A stretch of 64,000 nt of DNA from an uncultured Pseudomonadota bacterium (GCA_902763535.1 CACWSG010000009.1:8533-72532), one strand, 5' to 3'. Counted from the first letter of the stretch, positions 22,845 through 33,944 are shown. The notes: generated by a model from the sequence alone, not told the origin. Numbers and translations are program-made.

Positions 22845-23387
22845 TTATTTTTCCGGTGCGACAACCATCATCATCTGTTTGCCTTCCAATTTCGGAGCTT
22901 GCTCCATTTTGCATACTCCCTCCAAATCTTCCAGCAGTCTGTCCAACACTTCCTTACCCATATTATTAGCGCTCATCTCGCGACCTTTATAACGCATGGT
23001 AAATTTTACCTTATTACCTTCGCTTAAAAACTTTTTGGCCTGTTTAACTTTTACTTCATAATCATGAGTATCAATCATCGGACGCAGTTTTAACTCTTTA
23101 GTTTCAACAACTTTTTGATTTTTCTTGGCTTCGGCCTTGCGTTTTTGCAGCTCATATTTATATTTGCCATAATCTAATATTTTGCAGACCGGAGGCGTAG
23201 CCTGAGGCGAAATTTCAATCAAATCAAAACCGGCAGCATCAGCCATTTCCAAAGCTTGTGATATAGAAACAATTCCGCGGTTTTCACCATTTTCATCAAT
23301 TAATCTGACTTGTTTAGCCTTAATATCATCGTTAATGCGCGGTCCATCCTCTTCGCGTACTGGCGCATTGTTATTTTCTTTTACTAT
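22845..23387 (-). CDS. infC: Translation initiation factor IF-3 (ATA start)
   Basis: Frame stays open upstream of the listed ORF through PRINDDIKAKQVRLID to an ATA 5 nt after SD GAGGAGG; PPVCKILDYGKYKYE. Confidence 0.95.
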   Translation of the reverse strand: MVKENNNAPVREEDGPRINDDIKAKQVRLIDENGENRGIVSISQALEMADAAGFDLIEISPQATPPVCKILDYGKYKYELQKRKAEAKKNQKVVETKELKLRPMIDTHDYEVKVKQAKKFLSEGNKVKFTMRYKGREMSANNMGKEVLDRLLEDLEGVCKMEQAPKLEGKQMMMVVAPEK

Positions 23388-23478
23388 TGTAGCCTCCTCA
23401 AAATGTTGTAAATATAGGGTTCATCATACTAAAATAATTTGTTTTTTCAAGATAAAAATAACCTTTGAACAAATATTC

Positions 23479-24429
23479 TTACTCGTTTAATAAAAATTTT
23501 TGTAAAGCCTTTTCATCTTCCCAATCGATAGTTATATCTAAGACCTTAAATTTAGGTTGAAGCTTATAAGGAATTTTAACCATGTCTTTGGCGGTAGTAT
23601 AAATATCGGCCTGCAGAAATTCTGCTTCTTTAATGATTTGTTGCAACTCATCATTCGTATAAAAGTGATGATCGGGGAAAGAATAAGTTTTTACTATTTC
23701 AAAATTACAATCTTGCAATGATTGATAAAATTTATTCGGTCTTCCGATACCGGCAAAAGCAACAACTTTTGCGCCTTTTGCCATAGGTTTAACCGGAACA
23801 ACTTTGCCCTTAAATACCGGAAGTTGCGGTGCCTTAGCTGCAATTTGATGAACATCATCGCCCAACATGACTATGGCATCAGCTCTTTTGATACCGACAG
23901 AAAAAAATTCCCGCATCGGTCCTGAGGGAATGGGTAAGCCGTTGCCCAATCCGACTGCACCATCTACAACCACAATCGATTTATCTTTATAGAGCAGGGG
24001 ATTTTGCAACCCATCATCCATAATGATTATATCCGCACCTTCTTCAATGGCTTTGCGTGCTGCTTCATCGCGTTTATGGTTTACTACCACTCCGGCCTGA
24101 CGCGCCAAAAGCAAAGGCTCATCACCCACCTCTCCGGCAGAGTGAATATCTTTGTTTACAACCACATCTTGCAAGGTTCCGCCATATCCGCGAGAGATAA
24201 AAAACGGATTTTTGTTTTGCTTTTGTAAAATCTTAGCTATTGATATAGCTGTCGGAGTTTTGCCTGAGCCGCCGGCGGTAAGATTGCCGATGCAGATTAC
24301 CGGCACATTTGCTTTATAGGGTTTTTTGAGCTTTATTCGTAAGCTTGTCGCAGAGGCATACAAACAGCCCAAAGGAAATAAGAGCCATGCCTGCCAGTTT
24401 TTTTTATTCCAAAATGTTGGAGCTTTCAT
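23479..24429 (-). CDS. lpxK: Tetraacyldisaccharide 4'-kinase
   Basis: IGNLTAGGSGKTP, SRGYGG, GDEP, MDDGLQ, FPDHH. Confidence 0.97.
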   Translation of the reverse strand: MKAPTFWNKKNWQAWLLFPLGCLYASATSLRIKLKKPYKANVPVICIGNLTAGGSGKTPTAISIAKILQKQNKNPFFISRGYGGTLQDVVVNKDIHSAGEVGDEPLLLARQAGVVVNHKRDEAARKAIEEGADIIIMDDGLQNPLLYKDKSIVVVDGAVGLGNGLPIPSGPMREFFSVGIKRADAIVMLGDDVHQIAAKAPQLPVFKGKVVPVKPMAKGAKVVAFAGIGRPNKFYQSLQDCNFEIVKTYSFPDHHFYTNDELQQIIKEAEFLQADIYTTAKDMVKIPYKLQPKFKVLDITIDWEDEKALQKFLLNE

Positions 24430-24430
24430 C

Positions 24431-25690
24431 TTAAAAATAAACCTTTATCTTGTCCATTATACCGTCTAAAACTTTGGTCTCGCTTTGTGCCCAGTTATAA
24501 GCCAACGAGCATTTTGCCTCCAGCAGCGATTCACTTTCCAATAATGCATCAACTTCTTTTTCCAGCTCATCAACCGTTTCAACTTGGATTATGGCATCAG
24601 CTTTGCGTGCTCTTGACATCGCCTCGTTAAAGTTGTGCATATGCGGACCGACAATCACGGTGTCGCGCACTCTTGAGGGTTCAATGAAATTCTGACCTCC
24701 ATGCGGTACAAACGAGCCTCCGACAAAAACTATTTTAGCCAGTTCATACCACAATCCCATCTCTCCGATGGTGTCAGCAACATAAACATCAATTTTTGAA
24801 GTAATTTTTTCGCCCTTTGAACGCAAGGCTGTGTTAAGTCCCATGCGCGAAATCTGTTCGGCAATATCGCTTCCGCGGTTTGGATGACGCGGGGCGACAA
24901 TCATCAACAAATCAGGATATTTTTCTTTTAATTTTTTGTGCGCCTTGGCAATACGCACTTCCTCATCATCATGGGTTGAGCTTATCAACCACAATTTGCG
25001 TTTGCCGATTTGTTTTTCCAAATCAGATTTAACTTTTTCATCAATGGGCAGCGGCAGACCGGCATACTTCAAATTTCCCAAACAAACCGCATCTTTTGCT
25101 CCCAAGACTCTCAAGCGATAGGCATCTTCTTCGGATTGTCCCAAACACAAAGTAAAACATTCCAAAAGTTCTTTGCAAATAAAATCAAATTGTTGCCAAC
25201 GTTTAAATGTCTTATTTGAAATTCTTCCGTTTATCAATATGAGTGGAATATTGCGTTTTGAAATGCTTGATAGCACTGCCGGCCAAAATTCCGATTCAAA
25301 CCACAAAACAACATCAGGATGCCAATGCCGTACAAACCGATTGGTAAAAATCGGATTATCAATCGGAATAAACTGATGAAAAGCTCTTTCAGGAAGCCTT
25401 TTTTGCATAACATCAGCCGAAGTAACCGTGCCGGTTGTTACCATCACATGGGCATCTTCATAAGTTTCCAGTATTTTGTTGATTAAGGGCAGCATCGATA
25501 CCGATTCACCGACCGATGCTCCGTGCAACCAAAACAACTTTCCTGCAGGACGAGCTTTTTTAGGTTTACCGACCCGTTCATTAAAGCGTTTAATATCTTC
25601 TTTGCCGCATATCTTGCGCTTTTTAACATACCCCTGAATTACCAGAGGATATAAAACGGCTACCAAAAAATTGTATATTTTAATAAACAT
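24431..25690 (-). CDS. waaA: Kdo transferase
   Basis: WLHGASVGE, ESEFWP, APRHPNRG, DTIGEM, GGQNFIEP. Confidence 0.96.
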   Translation of the reverse strand: MFIKIYNFLVAVLYPLVIQGYVKKRKICGKEDIKRFNERVGKPKKARPAGKLFWLHGASVGESVSMLPLINKILETYEDAHVMVTTGTVTSADVMQKRLPERAFHQFIPIDNPIFTNRFVRHWHPDVVLWFESEFWPAVLSSISKRNIPLILINGRISNKTFKRWQQFDFICKELLECFTLCLGQSEEDAYRLRVLGAKDAVCLGNLKYAGLPLPIDEKVKSDLEKQIGKRKLWLISSTHDDEEVRIAKAHKKLKEKYPDLLMIVAPRHPNRGSDIAEQISRMGLNTALRSKGEKITSKIDVYVADTIGEMGLWYELAKIVFVGGSFVPHGGQNFIEPSRVRDTVIVGPHMHNFNEAMSRARKADAIIQVETVDELEKEVDALLESESLLEAKCSLAYNWAQSETKVLDGIMDKIKVYF

Positions 25691-25693
25691 TAT

Positions 25694-26443
25694 CTAGCCC
25701 CTTCTTTTAATTTTTTCATCAGGCGAAGCCGGTTCAACCGGATTGCGTCCCACCATAATATCACAGGCAAAACTTATCTTGTTGGCAATCTCTTCAACTT
25801 TCAAACGATATTCTTCGATTTGTTCATCTGTAAGATTTTCCGGAATATGTATCGGATTGCTCAACATAAATACGCCATGTCCGAAAGGCAAAGCAATCAT
25901 AGTCTTATCCCAGGCTTTTTGCACAACTTTGGCTCTTGAGGTTGAATAATTGGCAAACACAATCGGCAGTCCGGTCTTAGAGGCAAAATAAATCGGCGAT
26001 TTTTTCATGCGCATTCGCGGTCCTATCGGCCCATCCGGCGAAATACAAACATCTTGCCCCTCTTTCAAAAGACGCATTATTTCCAAAGCACTCTGATTTG
26101 CATTCTGATTGGTTGAGCCTGAAATCGTATCTATTCCATAAAATTTTAAAAAATTAGTTATTAATTGTCCGTCTTGGTGGGGTGAAACCAAAGCGTACAA
26201 CTTTTTTTTGTAGGTATATTTGCACCAAAAATACGGCAACATCACAACACGAGCGTGCCAACCTATCAATATGGCCGGCTTGCTTAAAATTTCAATTATT
26301 TCTTTGGCGTTCTCAATTTTCCAGCGCGTGGTCATGCCGACAAATTGCGCATAAATAAATATAAAAAAAGACACAATCTTTATGATAAAAGGTTGTTTGA
26401 GTAATTTTTTTATCTTGGGTTTAAGAAAATTTTTTAACGACAT
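25694..26443 (-). CDS. DUF374 lysophospholipid acyltransferase family (LpxJ-like)
   Basis: WH, SPHQDG, SGST, SPDGPIGP, WD..LPFG; located in the waaA-lpxK operon. Confidence 0.88.
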   Translation of the reverse strand: MSLKNFLKPKIKKLLKQPFIIKIVSFFIFIYAQFVGMTTRWKIENAKEIIEILSKPAILIGWHARVVMLPYFWCKYTYKKKLYALVSPHQDGQLITNFLKFYGIDTISGSTNQNANQSALEIMRLLKEGQDVCISPDGPIGPRMRMKKSPIYFASKTGLPIVFANYSTSRAKVVQKAWDKTMIALPFGHGVFMLSNPIHIPENLTDEQIEEYRLKVEEIANKISFACDIMVGRNPVEPASPDEKIKRRG

Positions 26444-26467
26444 TTTATAGTCTCAAAACTCCTCGGC

Positions 26468-26716
26468 TTAGGGCTGAGTCTTAGTAACACTGATGCCGAT
26501 ATTGTCATCGTCTGTTACAATAACTTCGCCATGTCCGATTAACACATTGTCAGCATAAATATCCACATCATCATTTACATTGCGGTCAAGTTCAACCACA
26601 GCGCCGCGTCCGAGCCGCAATAGTTGATAAACTCTTAAATTAGCCGAACCCAGAGTAATTGAAACTTTCACATTAATATCACCGCTGGAATAAGCTGACA
26701 AATCTTTAACTGCCAT
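26468..26716 (-). CDS. FliM/FliN (SpoA domain) protein
   Basis: VKVSITLGS...LLRLGRGAVVELD....VDIY....IGHGEVIV. Confidence 0.85.
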   Translation of the reverse strand: MAVKDLSAYSSGDINVKVSITLGSANLRVYQLLRLGRGAVVELDRNVNDDVDIYADNVLIGHGEVIVTDDDNIGISVTKTQP

Positions 26717-26940
26717 AATCTCTAAAACCTTTCAATTTCAATCTATGAATACACTATACATATAAAAAAACAATAATAAAAACCGCAAATAAATTTATTA
26801 CACAGATTTTTTTTGTGGATTAAATATTTGCTTAATTGAGCCGAAACAAATAATATGCCAAAAAGTTAATATAAAAACTTGTATATGGGCAAATCAATAC
26901 CTATATAATCAGCAAAGATAATAATTATTCGGGTGTTAAA

Positions 26941-29271
26941 ATGGTCAAAAAAAATAAATATCCTTTACTTCCGCTTCGCGATATTGTGGTTTATCCCAAA
27001 ATGATTGTTCCGCTTTTTGTCGGAAGAGCCAAATCTATTGCCGCACTTCAAATTGCCGAAGGCGATGATAACCATATAGTGCTGGTAACTCAAAAGAATG
27101 CTACCATTGAGAATCCCGAATCCGAAGATATCTATAATGTCGGCACTTTAGGTAATATTTTGCAACTCTTAAAACTCCCCGACGGAACAGTCAAAGTTTT
27201 GATTGAAGGCTTGGATCGTGTCAAGATTGATGAAGTTGATGACGGTCCGGATGTTATGAGCGGTGTTGTTGAGGTTATGCCTGACGATTATGAAGAAAAC
27301 CCCGAATTAGAAGCTCTCGTGCGAGCTGTGCTTTCGCAATTTGAGGAATATGTTAAGTTATCCAAAAAAATTCCGCCCGAAGTTATGATGTCCGTCAATC
27401 AAATTGATGATAATGCCAAACTGGCCGATACCATTGCTTCACACTTATCATTAAAAATAGCTGATAAACAAGCTTTGCTTGAAGGAAAAACTTTAAGCGA
27501 ACGTTTTGAAATGTTGCTTGGCTTTATGGATGCTGAAATTACGGTGTTGGAAGTTGAAAACCGTATTCGCAATCGTGTCAGAAAGCAGATGGAAAAAAGC
27601 CAAAAGGAATACTATCTTAATGAGCAAATGAAAGCTATTCAGAAAGAGCTGGGCGACGATGAAGAAGACGAAATAAGTGCTTATTTGAGCCGTATTGAAA
27701 AGACCAAGCTTTCCAAAGAAGCCAAAGATCGTGCCTTATCTGAGGTAAAAAAATTGAAGAACATGGGCAACAATTCGGCCGAAGCTTCGGTTATTCGCAA
27801 TTATTTGGATTGGATGTTGGAAATTCCTTGGAAAAAACGTTCCAAAATCAACCATGATTTGCAATATGCATTGGATGTTCTCAACGCCGATCACTATGGT
27901 TTGGATAAAGTCAAAGAAAAAATTATTGAATTTTTGGCCGTTCAGGCGCGCTCGGATAAAGTTCGTGGTCCGATTCTTTGCTTGGTCGGTCCTCCGGGGG
28001 TCGGCAAAACCTCTTTGGGCAAATCCATAGCCAAAGCCACCGGAAGATCTTTTGTCCGCACATCTTTAGGCGGTATGCGTGATGAAGCTGAAATCCGAGG
28101 TCATCGCCGCACCTATATCGGCTCAATGCCCGGCAAAGTTATCAAAGGTATGAAAAAAGCCGGCACTACCAATCCGTTGTTTTTGTTTGACGAGATTGAT
28201 AAGCTGGGTAATGATTATCGCGGTGATCCGTCATCAGCCTTGTTGGAAGTGTTGGATCCCGAGCAAAATTCAACCTTTAATGATCACTATTTGGAAGTCG
28301 ATTATGACTTGTCGGATGTGATGTTTGTAACAACCGCCAATTCTTTGGATATGCCGCGTCCTTTGTTGGATAGAATGGAAATTATTCGCATTTCAGGTTA
28401 TACCGAAGACGAAAAAATTGAAATTGCCAAACAGCATCTGTTGCCCAAAATCTTCAAAGAAAATGCCGTGCGCAGTGAAGAATTATCTATTGAAGATGAG
28501 GCAATTCGCAGTATTATTCGCTATTATACCCGCGAGGCCGGTGTGCGTAACCTTGAGCGCGAATTAACCACTGTGGCTCGCAAAGCGGTTAAAAACATTT
28601 TGCTTTGCCAAACAAAAAAAGGTTGCAAAACCGTGGTTACCGCTCAAAATTTGAAAGACTTTTTAGGAGTAATCAAGTATCGTTTTGGTGAGGCTGAACA
28701 GGCTGACCAAATCGGAGTTACCACCGGATTGGCTTGGACCGAGGTCGGCGGTGACATTTTGTTTATTGAAGCGGTCGATATGCCCGGCAAGGGCGTGGTC
28801 AAACAAACCGGTAAGTTGGGTGATGTGATGAAAGAGTCCATTGATACAGCTTATTCTGTGGTCAGGGCTCATTCAAAAGAATTAGGCATCAAGCCGGAAA
28901 CTTTTGAAAAAACCGATATTCATGTCCATGTTCCCGAAGGAGCTACTCCCAAAGACGGACCATCTGCCGGTATAGCCATGTTTACCACTTTGGTTTCGGT
29001 GTTGACCAAAATACCGGTGAAAAAAGATGTGGCAATGACCGGAGAAATCACTTTGCAAGGGCGTGTTTTGCCCATTGGTGGTCTCAAAGAAAAATTGCTT
29101 TCAGCTTTGCGCGGCGGTATCAAAACCGTGATTATTCCTCAAGACAACGAAAAAGATTTGGAAGATATTCCCGAAAATGTTAAACAGGGATTGAAAATTA
29201 TTCCGGTTTCCGAGGTAAAAGAGGTCTTAAAAATTGCCTTACGCAAGATGCCGAAATCTGCTAAAAAGTAG
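26941..29271 (+). CDS. lon: ATP-dependent protease La
   Basis: LPLRD, GPPGVGKTS, DEIDK, PKDGPSAG. Confidence 0.99.
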   Translation: MVKKNKYPLLPLRDIVVYPKMIVPLFVGRAKSIAALQIAEGDDNHIVLVTQKNATIENPESEDIYNVGTLGNILQLLKLPDGTVKVLIEGLDRVKIDEVDDGPDVMSGVVEVMPDDYEENPELEALVRAVLSQFEEYVKLSKKIPPEVMMSVNQIDDNAKLADTIASHLSLKIADKQALLEGKTLSERFEMLLGFMDAEITVLEVENRIRNRVRKQMEKSQKEYYLNEQMKAIQKELGDDEEDEISAYLSRIEKTKLSKEAKDRALSEVKKLKNMGNNSAEASVIRNYLDWMLEIPWKKRSKINHDLQYALDVLNADHYGLDKVKEKIIEFLAVQARSDKVRGPILCLVGPPGVGKTSLGKSIAKATGRSFVRTSLGGMRDEAEIRGHRRTYIGSMPGKVIKGMKKAGTTNPLFLFDEIDKLGNDYRGDPSSALLEVLDPEQNSTFNDHYLEVDYDLSDVMFVTTANSLDMPRPLLDRMEIIRISGYTEDEKIEIAKQHLLPKIFKENAVRSEELSIEDEAIRSIIRYYTREAGVRNLERELTTVARKAVKNILLCQTKKGCKTVVTAQNLKDFLGVIKYRFGEAEQADQIGVTTGLAWTEVGGDILFIEAVDMPGKGVVKQTGKLGDVMKESIDTAYSVVRAHSKELGIKPETFEKTDIHVHVPEGATPKDGPSAGIAMFTTLVSVLTKIPVKKDVAMTGEITLQGRVLPIGGLKEKLLSALRGGIKTVIIPQDNEKDLEDIPENVKQGLKIIPVSEVKEVLKIALRKMPKSAKK

Positions 29272-29288
29272 TTTGGTAAATGCTTTTG

Positions 29289-29852
29289 TTAAAATTTAAC
29301 AAAGGCATTTTTCATTACATTAGCTATTTTGTTTTCATCAATACTGAGAGCTTTAGCAATTGCCGTTGCAAACTGTGCCGCTTGTCCCATACCGATGGCA
29401 GTAATAATGTTGCCGTCAACTTCAACCATCTCTCCGCTGAACTTAAAATTTTGATTGTTAGCCAGTTGCTCGGTTTCGGGATAACCGGTAGTGCGTTTTC
29501 CTTGCGCGATTCCGGCATCATGCAAAACAATCGGAGCTGCACAAATAGCGGCAATAATTTTGCGGTTGGCATGGCTTTGTTTCAACAATTCCATAACTTT
29601 TTTATTATCGCGTAAATTAATGGTTCCCGGCAATCCTCCCGGCAACATTAAAACATCAAAATCTGTAAAGTTTATATCGTCTAAAACATAAGGTGTTTCA
29701 ATTTTTATATCGTGGGCACCGCGAACAATTTTATCGCCCACACCGGTCAACAGCACATTCAATCCTAATCTTTTAAAAATATCAGCCGGATAAATTGCTT
29801 CTACTTCTTCAAATCCGTCCGCCAATAAAATGCAAACATTTTTATTGTTCAT
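29289..29852 (-). CDS. DJ-1/ThiJ/YajL family protein
   Basis: GFEEVEA, LPGGLPG, AICAAP nucleophile elbow. Confidence 0.93.
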   Translation of the reverse strand: MNNKNVCILLADGFEEVEAIYPADIFKRLGLNVLLTGVGDKIVRGAHDIKIETPYVLDDINFTDFDVLMLPGGLPGTINLRDNKKVMELLKQSHANRKIIAAICAAPIVLHDAGIAQGKRTTGYPETEQLANNQNFKFSGEMVEVDGNIITAIGMGQAAQFATAIAKALSIDENKIANVMKNAFVKF

Positions 29853-31566
29853 TGTCTTTTCCTTTGCGATAAAGATTGGTTAAAAATTGGTGTTCAATGC
29901 TCTTGTATCTTTTAGACAGCCAGTTTGATTTATATATAATCGCAATCATAACACCGACAAGCGCATAAGTTACGTAAAAATTCTTGGTCAGCAAATGGTT
30001 GATAACCACCATAATAAATATCACAATTACCAATAACCGCAATATGGTACACAAAGCCAGCGGCAAGCGGTTGGTTATTCGTTTGTTCCATAAGGTAAGG
30101 TAAATGCGGGCGAGGTCGCTGTTAACAGTAAGCAGTCCTTGTAAAAACGGCGACATCACACCAAGCGTCAGTATGGTTGCGATGATTTCAGCCAAATGCG
30201 GAGGCAAATATTTAACCAAAAAAGGCGTAGCAAAATAAAAAGATATATTAATTATTGCCACCAATATGATTGAAGATATACCCAGTTTGATAAAATATTG
30301 TTTAAATAATTGCAGCCAAAGTTGCTCTTCTTCATTAGTATCTTTTTTTGAAGTGGTATGTGAGCTTAAATAAGTTTTCCAAGTAGAAGGCAACCTTTTA
30401 TATACAAAATTGTAAAAAGGTGTTGCCGCTTTAATCATCATCGGTGTGGTAAAGGTGGTGATAACCGATACCGCCACAATAATCGGATAAACATAATCGC
30501 TCAAAACACCGACCGCCATACCGGCAGAAGCAATAATAAAAGCAAATTCGCCAACCTGAGCTAATGAAAAACCGCCACGGATTGCTGTTTCCAAACGATT
30601 GCCCGAAAGCAAAAATCCGGTAGTCGAAAGCACTACCATTCCAAACATAACGATTATGGTTATAACTGAAATCGGCACTATGTATTCTACAAACATATTG
30701 GGGTCAACCAACATTCCCACCGATACGAAAAACACGGCACCAAACAAGTCTTTAATCGGTTTTATAACTTCTTCAATTCGCTCAGATTCATCTGATTCAG
30801 AAAGAATAGAGCCCATAATAAAAGCCCCCAAAGCAGATGAGAAACCGACTGATGTGGCTAACAAAACCATACCCAAACAAAGCGCCATCGAAGTCAAAAG
30901 TAACAATTCATTGTTGAGCAGTGATGCTATTTTTTTCAAGAATGTCGGCACCAAATAAACTCCGGTTACAAACCACAAAATCAAGAAGAATGCCAATTTA
31001 CCGGCACTTATCAGCATTTCAACTCCGCTGACATTTTTACCGATGGAAACAGCAGGAAGCAGCACCAAAAGCAAGATTCCGACCACATCTTCCACAACCA
31101 AAACTCCAAATACCAAATCGGTAAATTTTTCGCTCTTAAGGTTTAATTCCTCAAAAGCTTTAATAATTATGGTGGTCGAAGACATCGAAATCATACCGCC
31201 CAAAAACAAACTTTCGGTTGTGGACCAACCCAAATGTAATCCGGCATTATATCCGATAATCAACATAAATAAAATATTGGTCAAAGCCGTTATGATTGCC
31301 GACTTTCCGACATTGACAATTTTTTTGAAGCTGAATTCCAAACCCAAGCTGAACAGTAGAAATATTACCCCGATGTCAGCCCAAATCTGAATATTTTCTT
31401 TATCAACCGCAGTCGGCGTCAAAATAATATGCGGACCGACAATCATACCGGCCAGTATATATCCCAATACTACCGGTTGTTTCAGTTTTTTAAAAACGAT
31501 AGTTATTATTCCGGCACAAATCAAAATAAGAGCCAAATCCGAAATCAAAGCTGGCAAGCTGTGCAT
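29842..31566 (-). CDS. CPA2 cation:proton antiporter
   Basis: LFSLGLEF, SMSSTTII, LVVED, LAQVGEFAF; no TrkA-C domain. Confidence 0.92.
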   Translation of the reverse strand: MHSLPALISDLALILICAGIITIVFKKLKQPVVLGYILAGMIVGPHIILTPTAVDKENIQIWADIGVIFLLFSLGLEFSFKKIVNVGKSAIITALTNILFMLIIGYNAGLHLGWSTTESLFLGGMISMSSTTIIIKAFEELNLKSEKFTDLVFGVLVVEDVVGILLLVLLPAVSIGKNVSGVEMLISAGKLAFFLILWFVTGVYLVPTFLKKIASLLNNELLLLTSMALCLGMVLLATSVGFSSALGAFIMGSILSESDESERIEEVIKPIKDLFGAVFFVSVGMLVDPNMFVEYIVPISVITIIVMFGMVVLSTTGFLLSGNRLETAIRGGFSLAQVGEFAFIIASAGMAVGVLSDYVYPIIVAVSVITTFTTPMMIKAATPFYNFVYKRLPSTWKTYLSSHTTSKKDTNEEEQLWLQLFKQYFIKLGISSIILVAIINISFYFATPFLVKYLPPHLAEIIATILTLGVMSPFLQGLLTVNSDLARIYLTLWNKRITNRLPLALCTILRLLVIVIFIMVVINHLLTKNFYVTYALVGVMIAIIYKSNWLSKRYKSIEHQFLTNLYRKGKDNEQ

Positions 31567-31673
31567 AACAAAACCTCTGAAATTTTATGGTTATAATAAA
31601 TTTAGTTGCAGATTATTATATTTTGTAATATATAAACAAACATTTAATAAATAAAGGCGAAAGAACAAATTTT

Positions 31674-33944
31674 ATGACTGCAAAAAAAGAACTTTTGGCT
31701 CCGGCCGGCGACATTGAAGCAGGTTATGCTGCCCTCTATTACGGCGCTGATGCCGTCTATCTCGGCCTAAAACAGTTTTCGGCACGGGCTACGGCCAATA
31801 ATTTTGATGCTCAAGAGCTCAATGAATTTACCGGCTATGCGCACTCGCTGGGTAAAAAAGTTTTTGTTACCATCAATACGGTTTTACAAGAAAATGAGTT
31901 GCCAGATTTAATCAAAAATTTAGATATATGCCGTGCAGCGCATATTGACGCAGTGATTGTGCAGGATTTGGGTGTAGTGAGAATTGTCAAACAATATTAT
32001 CCCGAAATTGCTCTGCACGCCAGCACCCAAATGGCGGTGCACAACAAAGAAGGTGCGCTTGCTTTACAGAAATTAGGTTTTGAGCGCGTAGTTTTGGCTC
32101 GTGAATTGACATTAAAAGAAATTCAGGATATTGCCACAATCAAAGGTCTGGAACTGGAGTGTTTTATTCACGGTGCTTTGTGTTATTCATATAGCGGAAT
32201 TTGCCAGTTTTCATCTTTTGATTGCGGCCGTAGTGCCAATCGCGGCAAATGCGCATATCCGTGCCGCGCCGAATTTATCAAAGACGGCAAGAAGAGCCAC
32301 TGTTTTTCAATGAAAGATATGGCTTTAGAAGAGGACATATTAAAATTACCGGTTTATTCCTTGAAAATTGAAGGACGCAAAAAGACCGCACTTTATGTGG
32401 CAGCGGTGGTTGATTATTATCGACGCATTTTGGATGGTGAAAAAAAATTGTCTGAACAAGCATCTCGCATCAAACAAATTTTTGCTCGTCCTTGGTGTAA
32501 GTTTCATTTTAACGGCAAAGATAAAGCGGTGGTTGACAGAGAATTTGTCGGTCATCGCGGACTTGAAATCGGTAAAATCGAAGAAATTGCAGGTCGCAAG
32601 ATAATCCTTACTCCGTCACACCGAATTGCTCGTCATGACGGGGTGCAAATTGACATCAAGGGCGAAGAAAAACCTTTTGGATTCTCATTGCAAAATATGC
32701 AAATTGGCGGCAAAAATGTATTTGAGGCTAAGGTCGGCGAAAGGGTAGAAATACTATTGCCTAAAGCAAATTCTTTCCTGCAAAAAGGGCAAAAGGTTTA
32801 TTTGTCGTCATCTTCCGAAGTAAAAGGGGCTTATGACTATACCAAACCTAAACCGAAAGAGTTTTGGCAAAAACCGAATATTGATGTTACGATTGAAATT
32901 AAGCGAGATAAAATCATCGCTCGTGCCAATGAGGCAGTAAGTGAGATAAAAGGCAGTTTTGATGTTGCGCAGGATAAGGCGAAGATGACAGATGCCCTGC
33001 AAAAAGCTTTTGCCAAAACCGGAGATGTTGATTTTTCTTTGGGTAAACTAAATATCACAGATTCGCAAGGTCTGTTTGTACCGATGTCAATTCTCAATGA
33101 GTTGCGCCGCAATTTATATGCTCAAGTAAAACCGATAAGAGATAGTATTGAGCTGAAACAGCCCGCCCCAAGACCACTTCCTTCAAAGTTCAAATGGATT
33201 ATTCAGATTGACCAATCAAGCAAATGCTCACAAATTAATTTGGATTCTCTGGATGAAATAATCTATCTCATCAGTGAAAAAAGCACTCCAGAGGATATTG
33301 AATTGTTGCCTAAATCCAAAGTGCGTATTGCGCTTCCGGTAATTTGCCGCACACCATCAAAACTGCAATCCTTGATAAATTGTTTGTTGGCTAAGGGCTA
33401 TAAAAAATGGGAAATCAATAATTATTGGGGGCTCAATGTGCTGCCATCCGAAGGTGTTGATTTGAGTTTTGGCAATATGTTGTATATGTTCAACAGCCAA
33501 GCGGCGGCTTTTGCTCAAACTATCGGTGCAACGCGTATAACTTTAGGTGTCGAGGACACTTATGCCAATATACAAGCTTTGGCGCAAAATTCGCCGTTAC
33601 CGGTAGTCTTTACGGTTTATCAAAATGCTCCGTTGTTCACTTCGGCAGTTTGTGTTAGGGACAATTCATGCGCCGAATGTGATAAAAAACTCAAATGGAG
33701 CAAGTTGGAAAAAAATGGTCAGCACTATTTGCTAAAAAGCGAGAACTGCCAGACGGAAGTTTATTCCGTACAAGCTTTCAGCGCAGCTGATGAATTGTCC
33801 GTTTTGGCAGTTGACTATGCCAAAGCTGATTTTTGCGGACTTGACTATACCCCGAGTGAAGTTGCCGCCATTTGGCAAAAACTATACCACAGAGAGAATC
33901 CTATCGGTACCAACAAAGCCAATCTGAAACAAACTACTTTTTAG
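31674..33944 (+). CDS. Peptidase U32 family RNA hydroxylase with long C-terminal region (RlhA-like)
   Basis: ELLAPAG, HASTQM, HGALCYSYSGIC, NRGKCAYPCR, LKIEGR. Confidence 0.9.
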   Translation: MTAKKELLAPAGDIEAGYAALYYGADAVYLGLKQFSARATANNFDAQELNEFTGYAHSLGKKVFVTINTVLQENELPDLIKNLDICRAAHIDAVIVQDLGVVRIVKQYYPEIALHASTQMAVHNKEGALALQKLGFERVVLARELTLKEIQDIATIKGLELECFIHGALCYSYSGICQFSSFDCGRSANRGKCAYPCRAEFIKDGKKSHCFSMKDMALEEDILKLPVYSLKIEGRKKTALYVAAVVDYYRRILDGEKKLSEQASRIKQIFARPWCKFHFNGKDKAVVDREFVGHRGLEIGKIEEIAGRKIILTPSHRIARHDGVQIDIKGEEKPFGFSLQNMQIGGKNVFEAKVGERVEILLPKANSFLQKGQKVYLSSSSEVKGAYDYTKPKPKEFWQKPNIDVTIEIKRDKIIARANEAVSEIKGSFDVAQDKAKMTDALQKAFAKTGDVDFSLGKLNITDSQGLFVPMSILNELRRNLYAQVKPIRDSIELKQPAPRPLPSKFKWIIQIDQSSKCSQINLDSLDEIIYLISEKSTPEDIELLPKSKVRIALPVICRTPSKLQSLINCLLAKGYKKWEINNYWGLNVLPSEGVDLSFGNMLYMFNSQAAAFAQTIGATRITLGVEDTYANIQALAQNSPLPVVFTVYQNAPLFTSAVCVRDNSCAECDKKLKWSKLEKNGQHYLLKSENCQTEVYSVQAFSAADELSVLAVDYAKADFCGLDYTPSEVAAIWQKLYHRENPIGTNKANLKQTTF

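Noticed and set aside
29842-31566. CPA2 antiporter as a truncated pseudogene
   Set aside because: The transport domain is intact and the stop overlaps the next gene's start, consistent with a natural form lacking TrkA-C.
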